From: an uncultured Candidatus Saccharibacteria bacterium
GTDB taxonomy: Bacteria > Patescibacteriota > Saccharimonadia > Saccharimonadales > 2-12-FULL-41-12
Direction of reading: 5' to 3'
Assembly: GCA_947085855.1 (NCBI GenBank)
Contig: CAMTYB010000002.1
Span: 23,278 to 87,277 of the forward strand
Length of the DNA: 64,000 bases
In this document: one piece after another, positions 11,678 through 22,923 of the stretch
Numbering within the stretch: position 1 is the stretch's first letter
Layout of the letters: each line of letters begins with the position of its first letter
Notes under the pieces: generated by a model
Told to the model about the DNA's origin: nothing
Seen by the model: only the letters and a program-made list of their open reading frames with translations
Databases searched by the model: none
Position numbers and translations under genes: made by a program

Positions 11678-12868
11678 ATGGAGCCGCACGTCTTCCAGCC
11701 ATTGGCTGAACGAATGCGACCAGAAGTACTGGCAGATGTGATTGGCCAGGAGCATTTGGTTGGCAAGCACAAGATAATTCATGAAATTATTACTCAAAAA
11801 AAACCAACCAGTCTAATTCTGTGGGGTCCGCCAGGTAGCGGTAAAACAACCTTGGCTCGGATTATAGCTAAAGAAACAGATGCTCAATTTGTGGAGTTAA
11901 GCGCAGTTACGGCTGGCAAAGCCGACGTTATGCGTGTCATTAGCGATGCTCAAGCCAATCAGCGTCTTGGCATGCAGACGATACTGTTTGTAGATGAAAT
12001 TCACCGCTTCAACAAGGCCCAGCAAGATGCTTTTTTGCCGTATATCGAAGACGGTACACTTATCTTGATTGGCGCAACAACCGAAAACCCTAGTTTTGAA
12101 GTCATTAACCCCTTGCTATCACGGACAAAAGTAATTGTTTTGGAGCCGCTCGATAAGTCGCAACTTGTAGCTATCCTCCAGCGAGCTGCCAAGCATGAGA
12201 ACCTGACAGCCAAGCGTTTACCCGCTAAAAGCCTCGATTTGCTGGCCGAACTAAGTGGTGGCGATGCTCGGGTGGCGCTTGGTAATCTGCAACTCGCCGC
12301 GGAGCTAGCGGGTAGAAAAAATATTGATCCCGAGATAGTTAAAACTGCAGCCCAGAAACGATTGCCTGGCTATGATAAAAATGGTGAAGAGCACTATAAT
12401 CTCATCAGCGCATTCATCAAGTCGATGCGCGGCAGTGATCCGACGGCCTCTCTCTATTATTTGGCGCGTATTCTACAGGGCGGTGAAGATCCGAAATTTA
12501 TTGCTCGCCGTATGGTTGTATTTGCAAGTGAAGATGTTGGTATTGCGGCACCCGCCGCCTTGAACCTGGCTGTTAGTACATTTCAAGCCGTCGAGCGAAT
12601 TGGTTTGCCAGAATGTGAATATAATTTGTATCACTGCGCACTCGTACTAGCGAAGTGCGAAAAATCACGCACGGCTGCCAATGCTATGTATGCCGCCAAG
12701 AAACTAGCTGGTGACCACAGCGAATTGCCCGTTCCGCTTCATTTGCGGAATGCGCCAACTAAACTCATGAAAGACTTAGGTTACCAAAAAGGCACCCAGT
12801 GGAAAGCAGGCTTTGTGCATCCAGATGGCTTCTTGCCGCCCGAAATCAATGATCAAAAAATAGTTTAA
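11678..12868 (+). CDS. rarA: replication-associated recombination protein A (MgsA/RarA AAA+ ATPase)
   Basis: LILWGPPGSGKTTLAR, FVDEIHRFNKAQQD, C-terminal MgsA domain (YYLARIL..GEDP). Confidence 0.92.
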   Translation: MEPHVFQPLAERMRPEVLADVIGQEHLVGKHKIIHEIITQKKPTSLILWGPPGSGKTTLARIIAKETDAQFVELSAVTAGKADVMRVISDAQANQRLGMQTILFVDEIHRFNKAQQDAFLPYIEDGTLILIGATTENPSFEVINPLLSRTKVIVLEPLDKSQLVAILQRAAKHENLTAKRLPAKSLDLLAELSGGDARVALGNLQLAAELAGRKNIDPEIVKTAAQKRLPGYDKNGEEHYNLISAFIKSMRGSDPTASLYYLARILQGGEDPKFIARRMVVFASEDVGIAAPAALNLAVSTFQAVERIGLPECEYNLYHCALVLAKCEKSRTAANAMYAAKKLAGDHSELPVPLHLRNAPTKLMKDLGYQKGTQWKAGFVHPDGFLPPEINDQKIV

Positions 12869-14535
12869 AAGTGCTCGCGTAAGTGAGCCATGCTGAAATC
12901 CCAGTCGGCATCGGTTTTTTTGTGTGGGTTAAAGGTATTGTCCGGGTCAAAGATTTGCTTGACGCGCCTAAAGTGCGCCATGATGTGTGGATTGTACTGT
13001 TGCTTCAGCCACGGCCCGCGGCTCATACCATCATTGTGTTCACCACTCATTGAGCCGCCGTATTGCAAGACGAGTGCATTGACCTCCTGCATAGCTGGCT
13101 CAATTTTGGCTCGTTCTTTAGGATCTTCGAATTCCATGAGAGGGATAACGTGGAAGTTGCCATCGCCCATGTGACCAGCAATAGTTGCCATGAATTTATA
13201 TTTATTAAGTATCTGGCGTAATTCCGGCAAGAAGTGCGGTAAGTGCTCCGGCGGCACAACTAAGTCATCAATGAATGGCGCAGTGTGCTTATCCTTAACT
13301 TTGTTACGAAGTAGATTGAAGCTTTCGCGGCGCATGATCTGGAATTTGCGCTCCTTATACTCGGTTTCATCTTCTTCAAACAATGCATCATGTCCAAAGC
13401 CGGCCATGTCTTGCTTGAGTTGATGGACGCGGTGAGCAATTTCTTCTGGATCCTCACCTGTAAATTCAACAATAAGCACCATCTTTGGTATGCCACGGCG
13501 GAAGTTGATGAGGGAAGGCAGTAGTTGCAGGCCAAGCTTGATCATGCCGATCCAACCGAGAGTGCGGCGGAAGAAGAAAAATAACTTAAAGCTGAGCATG
13601 AGGGTGTAGTTATCGAAACCTTCAAAGGTAGCCGGCTTGTGGGCCATGACTTGGTTGATGACTTCGCCAAGATTATCAAGTGACTCCAGAAATATTATCA
13701 GGCTCCCGGCGTGAGCAGGATTTGGCACCAGTTTGAACTCAATTTCGGTTACGATGCCCAGTGTGCCTTGCGAGCCAACTATAAGTTGCGTCATGTCAAA
13801 GATACCTGTTTCGCGATCGTAGACATTCCACAGGTGATATCCTGTTGAATCTTTGGAGACATGAGGCTGGGCAGCTTTAATTTCGTCATAGTGATCATCA
13901 ACGAGCTCGAAGACAGACTGGTAGAGCTTGCCTTCGAAATCGGTTTGCTTCAATTTTTTGTCTAACTCTTTTTTGGTCAAAGGTTTCACAATATACTCTT
14001 TGCCATCGGCAAAGACAACCTTAAGTGATCGTATGAACTTTTCTGTTTTACCAAATTCAAGAGACTTTTCGCCGCCCGAATTGTTGGCGACCATGCCGCC
14101 GACGGTGCACAGTTCACGACTGGCTGGAAAGGGAGGCAGGATGGCATTGTGTTTTAGGGTGTCTTTATTGAAGTCACGGTAGTGTCGGCCAGGCAAGACT
14201 TTGGCGGAAGTTGGGCTGACTTCAAGCGTTTTATTGAAGTGCTTGGTCATATCCATGATGATGGAGGTGTTGATGGCGCCCCCGGTCATATCGGTGCCAG
14301 CGCTGCGAGCAGTTAATGATAACTGTGGGTTTTTAGCTTTGGTGCCAGCTACAAATTTAACTAGATTTTGGATGTCAGAACTATCTTTTGGAAAGACGAC
14401 TGCTTGCGGGAGCAGCTCGAACATACTCGCGTCGTGGCTGTAAAAATCACGAGTTTCTGACGATCGATCAACCTCACCCTGTATTATCGAAGAGAGGTCG
14501 TCGTAAATATCTGCTTGGTCTTTGCCCACGCTCAT
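12865..14535 (-). CDS. FAD-linked oxidase (GlcD/D-lactate dehydrogenase-like)
   Basis: 556 aa. PCMH-type FAD-binding N-domain (LTARSAGTDMTGGAI) and an FAD-oxidase C-domain (GGSMSGEHNDG). Confidence 0.8.
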   Translation of the reverse strand: MSVGKDQADIYDDLSSIIQGEVDRSSETRDFYSHDASMFELLPQAVVFPKDSSDIQNLVKFVAGTKAKNPQLSLTARSAGTDMTGGAINTSIIMDMTKHFNKTLEVSPTSAKVLPGRHYRDFNKDTLKHNAILPPFPASRELCTVGGMVANNSGGEKSLEFGKTEKFIRSLKVVFADGKEYIVKPLTKKELDKKLKQTDFEGKLYQSVFELVDDHYDEIKAAQPHVSKDSTGYHLWNVYDRETGIFDMTQLIVGSQGTLGIVTEIEFKLVPNPAHAGSLIIFLESLDNLGEVINQVMAHKPATFEGFDNYTLMLSFKLFFFFRRTLGWIGMIKLGLQLLPSLINFRRGIPKMVLIVEFTGEDPEEIAHRVHQLKQDMAGFGHDALFEEDETEYKERKFQIMRRESFNLLRNKVKDKHTAPFIDDLVVPPEHLPHFLPELRQILNKYKFMATIAGHMGDGNFHVIPLMEFEDPKERAKIEPAMQEVNALVLQYGGSMSGEHNDGMSRGPWLKQQYNPHIMAHFRRVKQIFDPDNTFNPHKKTDADWDFSMAHLREHF

Positions 14536-14603
14536 GGTGCTATGGTTTTATCTTTATCTTTTTTGTTACGAGTTAATGGTGGCAGTATAACATAGGTAAC
14601 TGT

Positions 14604-14631
14604 TTGAATCTGGCTATCTTTTCGCTACAAT
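14604..14631 (+). promoter_or_regulatory. sigma70-type promoter candidate for the NDH-2 gene
   Basis: TTGAAT (14604-14609), 16-nt spacer, TACAAT (14626-14631), 15 nt before ATG 14646. Confidence 0.5.
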
Positions 14632-14645
14632 AAGCGTAACTACAT

Positions 14646-15872
14646 ATGAAAATCAAAAAACCACAGATTGTGATTGTCGGCGGCGGCTTTGGGGGTGTAA
14701 AGGCTGCTATTGAGTTGGCTCAAGAAAATGTCGGAGAAGTAACACTGATTAGTGATCTTGACCATTTTCGCTACTACCCATCTCTCTATCGCACCGCAAC
14801 AGGTGGTAGCCGGCAGGTTTCAACAGTACCGCTTGAAGATCTGCTCGACACGAGCAAAGTCAAAGTAGTAAAAGCCCAGGTTGCTGCCATCGATCGTTTG
14901 CAGAAACACGTCGTGACGAGCAAGGGTAAAACATTTGCGTATGACTATGTGATCCTTTCGCTCGGCGTTATTACAAACTACTTTCACATACCTGGCCTCG
15001 AAGAACGAGCCTTTGGCATTAAAACTGTGGAAGATGCTGAAACTTTTAAACGTCACTTACATCAGCAGATTACGAATAACAAGAAACCTGACCTTAACTA
15101 CGTGGTTGTCGGCGGCGGTCCAACCGGTGTCGAGTTGGCCGGTGTACTGGGTGATTATATTAAATATATCTGTCGCAACCATGGTGTTGAGCAGCCGAAA
15201 ATACATGTTGATTTAGTTGAGTCGGCACCGAGAGTTTTAGCGCGTATGCCACGCGATGTCTCGAAGATGGTGGCGCGTCAGCTTCGTAAGAAAGGTGTTA
15301 GTCTGTACCTCAAATCAGTTGTTCAGGGTCAAACTGCCGATGATCTCACCGTAAACGGTAAGCCAATTCGGAGTCATACGGTTGTTTGGACAGCTGGTAT
15401 GGCCAATAATCCTTTCTTTGCTGAGCAAGGCTTTCAGTTGGCTAAAAACGGTAGAGTCAGAGTCGATCAGTATTTGCAGGCCGAGCCTGGCATTTTTGTA
15501 ATTGGAGATAATGCCGACACGCCATACTGCGGTATGGCGCAAACAGCACTGTACGACGGTGCTTATGTGGCTCGTTCATTGATCGCTATTATTCGTGATA
15601 ATCAAGCAGCAGCTCCGTATCGTGCCAAAAAACCGGTGTACGTCATGCCGGCCGGGCCGCACTGGGCGGCAGTTGTTTGGGGTCCGCTCCGTCTGTATGG
15701 TCGGCTTGGGTGGTGGCTACGACGAGCAGCCGATTTCGTTGGCTACCGTGATTATGAGCCGGCATTTAAGGCTACCCAGTGGTGGTTGGAAGAATATGCC
15801 CAAGAGGACCTCTGTGAAGTGTGTCAGCCAAATGCGGAAGTCAGGCAAGCACCCGCTGGCGCACAATCGTAG
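14646..15872 (+). CDS. ndh: type II NADH dehydrogenase (NDH-2)
   Basis: Two Rossmann motifs IVIVGGGFGGV and VVVGGGPTGVELAG. 408 aa. Confidence 0.85.
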   Translation: MKIKKPQIVIVGGGFGGVKAAIELAQENVGEVTLISDLDHFRYYPSLYRTATGGSRQVSTVPLEDLLDTSKVKVVKAQVAAIDRLQKHVVTSKGKTFAYDYVILSLGVITNYFHIPGLEERAFGIKTVEDAETFKRHLHQQITNNKKPDLNYVVVGGGPTGVELAGVLGDYIKYICRNHGVEQPKIHVDLVESAPRVLARMPRDVSKMVARQLRKKGVSLYLKSVVQGQTADDLTVNGKPIRSHTVVWTAGMANNPFFAEQGFQLAKNGRVRVDQYLQAEPGIFVIGDNADTPYCGMAQTALYDGAYVARSLIAIIRDNQAAAPYRAKKPVYVMPAGPHWAAVVWGPLRLYGRLGWWLRRAADFVGYRDYEPAFKATQWWLEEYAQEDLCEVCQPNAEVRQAPAGAQS

Positions 15873-16493
15873 CTAGTGCCCGATGATCGGCGCTTGTCGC
15901 ACGTGTTTGTCATCTTCCAAGCAGCGCAAAATTGCTTTGGCTACCTCTTTGCGAGCAGTCAATAGCTTAGCTGGGCCGTGCGGTCGCAAGCGAAACGGTC
16001 CGGCCGGCCCGTTTCGCAATTTGAGAACACGAATAATTGTCCAATCGAGGTCAGTACTCTTGATGAGTTCGACATGGCTACGTCCATCTTGAATACGGCT
16101 TGGGTCTACGAGGCCTAAAGTGCCGTTAAGGATTTTGTCGAGCAGACTAATGTGATCGTTCGGGAAGCGTACGCCGGTGCCGGTAAGACTAATGAGGCGC
16201 TGTACACCGAGTGACTCCATGACCGAGATAATAATTTGCATTGATTGAATTTGCAGATCAAACGGAGAGTGTCTGACGTGCCCGATAAGTGAAACGACAG
16301 CATCGCACCGAGCTACGAGACGTCGGACATCATGCTCATCGGTAGCGTCGCAATGCTGGATTGTTAAGCTTGGATGCTCTGGAAAATCAGTCGGATGACG
16401 AGTGCCAGCCACTACTTCATGGCCAGCTGCCAAGGCGGCTTGAACAAAAACTTTCCCGGTTCTCCCATTTGCTCCGAGTACTGCAATACGCAT
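15873..16493 (-). CDS. NAD(P)H-binding protein (NmrA/atypical SDR-like)
   Basis: MRIAVLGANGRTGK Rossmann start. I prefer ATG 16493 over the listed 16511. Confidence 0.75.
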   Translation of the reverse strand: MRIAVLGANGRTGKVFVQAALAAGHEVVAGTRHPTDFPEHPSLTIQHCDATDEHDVRRLVARCDAVVSLIGHVRHSPFDLQIQSMQIIISVMESLGVQRLISLTGTGVRFPNDHISLLDKILNGTLGLVDPSRIQDGRSHVELIKSTDLDWTIIRVLKLRNGPAGPFRLRPHGPAKLLTARKEVAKAILRCLEDDKHVRQAPIIGH

Positions 16494-16841
16494 ATACAGA
16501 CATTCTAGCATTGCAATTTATGAAATGGCTAATTCTGGTCTATAAATACATTGTTTGTGATATTTCTTACTTACATTTTATATCGCTGGGCGCAAAATAG
16601 TAGGTACTGACGTAGCTAAACGAGCACTAAGCTCGGGCGGGTATGCAGGAGGAGGGTAACATATGTCACATGCCTATGACTATGGTAACCAGTCGCCAAG
16701 AACTACTTTGAGTGGTGGCCGAGGAGCAGAGGACCATCTGTGGCTCTTACATTACGAGAAGCTCACGCACCAAGCTCGCCTTCCGCCTGGATAACAAGCA
16801 AACACGATACTTTTACTTGAAGGAGGCAGCCTATGGTTGCC

Positions 16842-18101
16842 TTAATGATTCAATGACTGGATCAGGGCTTGGATATCACTGTAATCGTTTGCGCCAGCTG
16901 CAGGGATGAGAGCCGACTGTCCAGTTGGGGTGGTATAGCCTTGAAGTAAGTTTCGGCCATTGAAATCGCGTAAGTTAACCGATTGAAGCTGGTTATCTGG
17001 TATGCGGTTGAAAAGTCTGTACAGCGGCAGAACTTCATTAATCCTTACATCGGTTTTGACATTATGAGCTACCGCATCTAAAACATCTTTATTTTCCTGT
17101 GGATCCAGTAACACCTTCCAGGTGAGTCCCTGCTTGATTCCCACCAGCACCTGTTGTTGGTGTTTTGTTCTATCAAAGTCTGACTGCGCAAATCCGTATG
17201 ACCCATAGGTCGCTCCGCGAGCTCTGGTTAGCTTGAGGGCTGTTTCTCCATCAAGTTTTTGAGGTCCATTACTGAGTTGTAGTGGGCCACCTTCTTTTGG
17301 TAAGAAGTTAGGGTCGTACAAGCCGCGTGGGTCGCTACTGGCTACCGTTACAGTAATGCCATCAAGTGCAGTAGTAATATCGCGGACAGTCGCATAATCA
17401 ACCAGAGCATAATAATCAATTTGAATGTCGAAGCTATCGTGGATTGTTTTCTCTAGCAAGCCCATACCACCTGCAGCGTAGCCAGCTTCCTTGAACCCAT
17501 CTATTTCACCCCGTTGGTAAGCCTCGTTAATCTTAGCCTTACCAGAGCCAGGGATTTGAACATACAAGTCACGTGGGACACTTAACATGTAGCCTTTTTT
17601 GTCTTTGGTATCCAAACTCAAAATCATTATCGAATCAGTCAAATTTGCACCAGCATGGCCCGGGTCATCGGCCGAATAGCCGACCACGAGAACATTAACG
17701 CGCCCGCGTTCGGAGCCAGACAAACTAGTTGGGACAACTGCCTCTAATAGATTACCGGTACCAAACATGGTTTTGCTGGCATCAGAGACGTTTTTGGCAT
17801 CCCAGCCAGCGATGAAGAGGATTGGAGCCAGCAGGATGAAAAGCACCAGGGCGATGGTTTTTTTGCGGGACCATGCAGAACGTTTGTCGGAACGATCCTT
17901 GCCCGGCTTGCGGACAGCTTTGCCCTTTGATGCCGGTGGTGTTTGCGATGCCTGTTGGCGTTGACTCGAAGGCTTGGCTGCTGACGCCGCTGGCGCATTT
18001 TGTGGAGCGGGTCGGCGGGTCGTGCGTGGACTATATGAAGTATTGCTCAGGGCTCGTCCGACAGTGTAGCGTTCGGCTGATGGTTTTTGTTTCTTGGCCA
18101 T
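16842..18101 (-). CDS. LytR-CpsA-Psr (LCP) family cell-envelope phosphotransferase
   Basis: Basic/Pro-rich N-terminus, one TM helix, then an LCP core (NVLVVGYSADD..LTDSIMILSLD, VPRDLYV). Confidence 0.85.
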   Translation of the reverse strand: MAKKQKPSAERYTVGRALSNTSYSPRTTRRPAPQNAPAASAAKPSSQRQQASQTPPASKGKAVRKPGKDRSDKRSAWSRKKTIALVLFILLAPILFIAGWDAKNVSDASKTMFGTGNLLEAVVPTSLSGSERGRVNVLVVGYSADDPGHAGANLTDSIMILSLDTKDKKGYMLSVPRDLYVQIPGSGKAKINEAYQRGEIDGFKEAGYAAGGMGLLEKTIHDSFDIQIDYYALVDYATVRDITTALDGITVTVASSDPRGLYDPNFLPKEGGPLQLSNGPQKLDGETALKLTRARGATYGSYGFAQSDFDRTKHQQQVLVGIKQGLTWKVLLDPQENKDVLDAVAHNVKTDVRINEVLPLYRLFNRIPDNQLQSVNLRDFNGRNLLQGYTTPTGQSALIPAAGANDYSDIQALIQSLNH

Positions 18102-18177
18102 ATCTTTATGTGTAGCTGCTCGTGGGCATATTGCTTATGGACACTACATTATGGACACTATAGCATTTTCGGGAACA

Positions 18178-19041
18178 TCAGAACACAAAGCTATCGACTA
18201 TCACAAGGAGGCTCCACGAGATAAGTGCTAGTAATGAATAGCCAAACATAGTTCCGCCCCATTTTTTGTCCGCCGCAGATTTATAAATACGCCAGCCACC
18301 ACCAAACCACAGGAGGCCAATTATAACGCAAGCGATGGCATACCAAACGCTCGTGTAGTCTGCCACTGTCAAAAGGGTGGAAGCAATAGTAAAGCCAATA
18401 ATGTACAGCATGATTTCAAACTTAGTGCGCCGCACCCCTTTTACAAGCGGGTAGACCGGTATGCTGGCGGAAGCGTACTCCTTAGCACGCAAGAGGGCAA
18501 TTGAATAAAAGTGGGCCATTTGCCAAAAAACCAAGATAGCAAATAGTAGGGCGGCTCCAATGTCGATTTGGTCACTGGCGGCAGTATAGCCGACGACAGG
18601 TGGAATAGCGCCGGAAATACTGCCGATAGCGGTGCCGTAAACTGTTTTACGCTTGCCGATACCGTATACCGCGACATAGGCGAGAAAGCCAATCAAGGCC
18701 ACTAGGGTAGTCAGCCCATTCACAAATAGTGTTAGCGTAGTTGTTCCGGCCACACCAAGGGCGAGACCAAACACGAGGGCGTCATTGGGTTTAACTTGGC
18801 CTGTTACAAGTGCCCGTTTTTTGGTGCGGGCCATTTTTTTATCGATGTCTTGATCAATGTAATTATTGAAAACGCAACCACTTGCTATGACTAGCGATAA
18901 GCCAGCCAGCATTGCCACGAAGGTTGACCACTCTATTGATCCACTGGCTGCCAAAAAATATCCTGCCGCCGCTGTATACGCATTACCCCGGATGATGCCC
19001 GGCTTAGTGAGGGACAGGTATTTAGTAAATTGCTTCTTCAT
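18178..19041 (-). CDS. cyoE: protoheme IX farnesyltransferase (heme O synthase)
   Basis: UbiA-family polytopic protein with NNYIDQDIDKKMARTKKRAL. Last gene of the cyo operon. Confidence 0.88.
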   Translation of the reverse strand: MKKQFTKYLSLTKPGIIRGNAYTAAAGYFLAASGSIEWSTFVAMLAGLSLVIASGCVFNNYIDQDIDKKMARTKKRALVTGQVKPNDALVFGLALGVAGTTTLTLFVNGLTTLVALIGFLAYVAVYGIGKRKTVYGTAIGSISGAIPPVVGYTAASDQIDIGAALLFAILVFWQMAHFYSIALLRAKEYASASIPVYPLVKGVRRTKFEIMLYIIGFTIASTLLTVADYTSVWYAIACVIIGLLWFGGGWRIYKSAADKKWGGTMFGYSLLALISWSLLVIVDSFVF

Positions 19042-19402
19042 GCTTGATGTATTCCTTTACTTCGTGTGGTGCCATGTGGTAATTGAGGTTATTCATAATC
19101 CATAGTGAGCCAACGACAACAATAAAGACAACCAAAGCCGCAAATAGTAGCACTAATCGATTCCAGTGCGGTTTTTCATCATGACCCAAGTGGATAAAGA
19201 ATCGTAGCTGAACAGCAAGTTGGGCGAGTGCGCATGCCAACAACAAGCCAATTCTTAGGTTGCCGGTAGCTACATCGCTAACCACAAGATAGAAAGGCAG
19301 AATGGTCAGAGCTATCGAAAGCATGAAGCCAATCACATATGATCGTAGCTCGGCTGGCTGACTGCTCGGATGCGTTGATACAACTGGTGTAGTTTTGCTC
19401 AT
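19022..19402 (-). CDS. cyoD: cytochrome o ubiquinol oxidase subunit IV
   Basis: Three-TM small subunit (LRSYVIGFMLSIALTILPFYLV). ATG 19402 overlaps the cyoC stop by 4 nt, so the listed start 19552 lies inside cyoC. Confidence 0.8.
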   Translation of the reverse strand: MSKTTPVVSTHPSSQPAELRSYVIGFMLSIALTILPFYLVVSDVATGNLRIGLLLACALAQLAVQLRFFIHLGHDEKPHWNRLVLLFAALVVFIVVVGSLWIMNNLNYHMAPHEVKEYIKHEEAIY

Positions 19403-19989
19403 GGATTTGCTCCCATCAAATAAACCATCGTGAAGATAAAGATCCAAACTATATCTAGGAAGTGCCAGAACAGACTCCATAATGTTAGGCGACGTTTTAC
19501 GTCCGGGGTAAGGCCAAGTCGAATAGCTTGAATAGCTAAAATGACTGACCATAGCAGCCCAACCGTAATATGAAGGCCGTGCGTGCCAATGAGGGTAAAG
19601 AATGCCGACAAGAAGCCGCTACGATCTGGCCCATGACCTTCGTTGATGAGGTGATTAAACTCGTAGATCTCCATGCCCAAGAATGTCAGGCCTAGTACAA
19701 ACGTTACAACCAACCAGCGCAGGACATGTAGGGCTTGGCCACGTTGAGCAGCGAGCAAAGCCAAGCCGCACGTAAAGCTACTTGTCAAAAGTATTAGCGT
19801 CTCGGTCAATACGAATGGGGCGTCAAAAATATCGCTGAGACCCGGACCACCGTATGTGTTTTTGTGCATGACGGCATAGGTTGCAAAGAGCGTTGCAAAG
19901 AGCACACAGTCGGTCATGAGGTATGTCCAAAAGCCAAAGATAGTCTTGGAGGTATTAGCTTCCGCCTGGGCGTGATGAGTTACACTCAT
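19399..19989 (-). CDS. cyoC: cytochrome o ubiquinol oxidase subunit III
   Basis: 196-aa five-TM subunit III pattern ([14 protein letters not shown]). 4-nt overlap with cyoB. Confidence 0.88.
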   Translation of the reverse strand: MSVTHHAQAEANTSKTIFGFWTYLMTDCVLFATLFATYAVMHKNTYGGPGLSDIFDAPFVLTETLILLTSSFTCGLALLAAQRGQALHVLRWLVVTFVLGLTFLGMEIYEFNHLINEGHGPDRSGFLSAFFTLIGTHGLHITVGLLWSVILAIQAIRLGLTPDVKRRLTLWSLFWHFLDIVWIFIFTMVYLMGANP

Positions 19990-21947
19990 GCGTATTGCCT
20001 CCGAGCTTGAGCCTCAAGTTTTTTGACCTCAGCAGCTGTGATGACGTATTCGCTTTCATCATCTGAAGTCTTGATGATAACCAACGTTACTGCCAGTAGG
20101 AACCCAAGAATTGCCAGCCACCAGATATGCCAAATGATAGCAAAGCCGAACACAAAGGCAGCACTGGCGATCAGCAAACCGAACGGTGAGTTTTTGGGCA
20201 GATGGATATCTTCATACCGGTGTTTTGGCAGACTTTTGGCCTGCTTCATCTCCCAAAATGCATCACGATCGTGAACGACCGGTATGGTTGCAAAATTGTA
20301 GACCGGGGCAGGTGACGGGATTGACCATTCGAGCGTGCGACCATTCCACGGATCGCCAGTTATGTCTCGGTTTTGATGACGTTGCCAAATACTGACACCG
20401 ATCTGCAGCAGTTGGAAGCCAATGCCGAGTAGAATCACGCCCACACCAACGGCTGAGACTATAAATAGCCCTTGCCAACCCATCGATGCATCGTAATGGT
20501 CGAGCCGTCGCGTAGCGCCCATCAAACCCAGAATGTAGAGAGGGATAAAGGCCAGCAAGAAGCCGACGAGCCAACAGACAAAGGCATACTTACCGAGTCG
20601 TTCATTGAGTTTAAAACCAAAAATCTTGGGGAACCAATAAATTAAGCCGGCAAAGTAGCCGAATACTACGCCGCCAATAATCATGTTATGGAAGTGAGCC
20701 ACCAAGAACAGGCTATTGTGGGCCTGAAAATCGATGGCTGGCACCGACATAAGTACGCCGGTCATGCCACCAATCGTAAATGTAACGACGAAGGCTAGAA
20801 ACCACAGCATGGGTGTTTTGAAGCTGATGCGGCCACGGAACATGGTGAACAACCAGTTAAAGACTTTGACGCCTGTGGGCACAGCAATGACAGCTGTCAT
20901 AATGCCAAAGAATGCGTTCACGTCTGGCCCGGCACCCATAGTGAAGAAATGGTGCAACCAGACAACGAATGACAAGAACGTAATGGCACCAATCGCCCAT
21001 ACCATTGAGGTGTAGCCAAACAGTCGCTTGCGTGAGAATGTTGCGACGACTTCAGAAAAAATACCAAAGGCTGGCAATATCAAAATATAAACTTCTGGGT
21101 GACCCCAGGCCCAAATAAGATTGATGTACATCATGGGGTTGCCACCAAAATCTGACGTAAAGAAATGCATGCCAAGTGTACGGTCCAGCGCCAGTAGCGC
21201 AAGTGTGGCGGTTAGAATCGGGAAGGCAAACATAACCAACACCATGCTGCCGAGGACGCTCCACACGAATACAGGCATCTTCATGAGTGTCATGCCAGGC
21301 GCACGCATTTTTAGGATAGTCGTGAAGAAGTTGATGCCAGAGAAAAGGCTGCCTAAGCCGGCTATCTGTAGACTCCAGATCCAATAATCTACACCAACGC
21401 CTGGACTATATTCAAGGCCAGACAACGGAGGATACGCCAGCCAACCAGTGGCGGCAAATTCGCCAATCGCAAGCGATATATTCATGAGCATCGCACCAGC
21501 TACAAATAGCCAAAAACTAACCGAGTTCAGGAATGGAAATGCGACGTCACGGGCACCAATTTGCAGTGGTAGGACCAGGTTAATGATGCCAAACATCAGC
21601 CCCATGGCAACAAAAAATATCATCATGGTGCCGTGCGCAGTGAAGACTTGCTGGAAATGATCGGAAGATAAGAAACCCTGGTTGTCGCCAACTGCGGTGG
21701 CTTGTTGCGCGCGCATCATAGCCGCATCCATGACGCCACGGATGCCCATAATGACGGCTACAAGTAAATACATGACGCCAATACGCTTTGGGTCGAGGCT
21801 AGTGAGCCAATTATTCCACAGCCACTTCCAGCGCTTGAAGTAAAACAGGGCGCCAATGACTGTTAGAGCTGCGCCGACCATGCTGATTTGGCCAAAAGTC
21901 ACGATCATATCGTGCTGGAAGGCATCAAGTGAAAGTCGGCCCCACAT
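19986..21947 (-). CDS. cyoB: cytochrome o ubiquinol oxidase subunit I (heme-copper oxidase)
   Basis: 653 aa. [35 protein letters not shown] histidine ligand motifs. Confidence 0.95.
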   Translation of the reverse strand: MWGRLSLDAFQHDMIVTFGQISMVGAALTVIGALFYFKRWKWLWNNWLTSLDPKRIGVMYLLVAVIMGIRGVMDAAMMRAQQATAVGDNQGFLSSDHFQQVFTAHGTMMIFFVAMGLMFGIINLVLPLQIGARDVAFPFLNSVSFWLFVAGAMLMNISLAIGEFAATGWLAYPPLSGLEYSPGVGVDYWIWSLQIAGLGSLFSGINFFTTILKMRAPGMTLMKMPVFVWSVLGSMVLVMFAFPILTATLALLALDRTLGMHFFTSDFGGNPMMYINLIWAWGHPEVYILILPAFGIFSEVVATFSRKRLFGYTSMVWAIGAITFLSFVVWLHHFFTMGAGPDVNAFFGIMTAVIAVPTGVKVFNWLFTMFRGRISFKTPMLWFLAFVVTFTIGGMTGVLMSVPAIDFQAHNSLFLVAHFHNMIIGGVVFGYFAGLIYWFPKIFGFKLNERLGKYAFVCWLVGFLLAFIPLYILGLMGATRRLDHYDASMGWQGLFIVSAVGVGVILLGIGFQLLQIGVSIWQRHQNRDITGDPWNGRTLEWSIPSPAPVYNFATIPVVHDRDAFWEMKQAKSLPKHRYEDIHLPKNSPFGLLIASAAFVFGFAIIWHIWWLAILGFLLAVTLVIIKTSDDESEYVITAAEVKKLEAQARRQYA

Positions 21948-22882
21948 TAGTAGTACTGTCCTATTTGAGGTTGATGCTCATCTTCAATGTGATCCTGCTC
22001 GGCAGTCTTCATGTGGGCATGTTCGGGTGACATATATTTCATGACAATTTTATTATATAGGTCGTCTTCTTTGAGCCAGAACGTTTGGTCGGCATCATCA
22101 CGACTCGGTTTAGCGAGCTCAGCATATTCACTAATGCCAAGCACGGCATCACGGCTTTTTACGTCTTTTACCCATTGGTCAAACTCGGCTTGCGAGCCTG
22201 CCTGGGCAGTAAATTTCATATCGGCAAATCCTTCGCCGCTGATGTTAGCTGACATGCCCTTGTAATCGCCTGGTTTATCGGCAATCAAGTGTAGTTTAGT
22301 AGACATACCTGCCATGGCATAGACTTGACCGCCAAGTTGTGGAATCCAGAATGAATTCATGGGCGCGTCAGACGTAATTTCAAAGTTAATCGGTCGGTCT
22401 TCAGGAAAACGTAGGTAATTAGTGCTGGCTATATCTTGGTCGGGGTAAATAAACAGCCATTGCCACTGCAGAGCTACCACTTGAATACGGAGTGGTTCGG
22501 CGTGGTGCTCCAGTGGTCTAAAAGGGTCGAGCTTATGCGAGCTTTGCCAGATAATAACACTCAAGACACTAATAATTGCCAACGGAATAATCCACCAAAT
22601 AGTTTCCAAAACATGACTGCCGTCGAGGTTGGGGCTATATGTGGCTTTTTTGTTACCTTCGCGGTAGCGCCAGGCAATCAGGCCAGTCAGTATAAACACC
22701 GGAAGCACAACAATCAACATTAGTAGTGTGGCAATAATAATCAAGTCGCGCTGCTGGTCGGCCACGTTGCCAGCTGGTTGCAAAACGAGCACATTGCTAC
22801 GGGTAAATAAGAAAACAAGCATACCTATTATCAGTACGCCGAGCGTGACAATGAATATAACCCTCTGTTTTTTACCCATCAC
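21947..22882 (-). CDS. cyoA: cytochrome o ubiquinol oxidase subunit II
   Basis: [49 protein letters not shown] resembles CyoA. The protein has no cysteine at all, so there is no CuA site and it is a quinol oxidase, not a cytochrome c oxidase. Confidence 0.9.
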   Translation of the reverse strand: MMGKKQRVIFIVTLGVLIIGMLVFLFTRSNVLVLQPAGNVADQQRDLIIIATLLMLIVVLPVFILTGLIAWRYREGNKKATYSPNLDGSHVLETIWWIIPLAIISVLSVIIWQSSHKLDPFRPLEHHAEPLRIQVVALQWQWLFIYPDQDIASTNYLRFPEDRPINFEITSDAPMNSFWIPQLGGQVYAMAGMSTKLHLIADKPGDYKGMSANISGEGFADMKFTAQAGSQAEFDQWVKDVKSRDAVLGISEYAELAKPSRDDADQTFWLKEDDLYNKIVMKYMSPEHAHMKTAEQDHIEDEHQPQIGQYY

Positions 22883-22923
22883 TTAGCGCTTATTATATGC
22901 TAAGTGCTCATGGTTTGTAAGGA

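Noticed and set aside
16690-16800. Possible SRP (4.5S) RNA because of a CCAGGCGGAAGG-like string on the minus strand
   Set aside because: The GGAA tetraloop is not closed by the required helix (G-G clash), and the flanking symmetric-loop sequences are absent. No RNase P, tmRNA or 6S hallmarks were seen either.
19403-19552. N-terminal extension of cyoD. Likewise 23773..23868 (DUF1697), 54141..54308 (VirB4-N), 51884..51961 (pilin), 28798..28857 (hydrolase) and 552..584 (sodA)
   Set aside because: The extensions overlap the upstream gene or a consensus promoter and lack an SD. Internal starts give canonical N-termini with an SD or 4-nt coupling.
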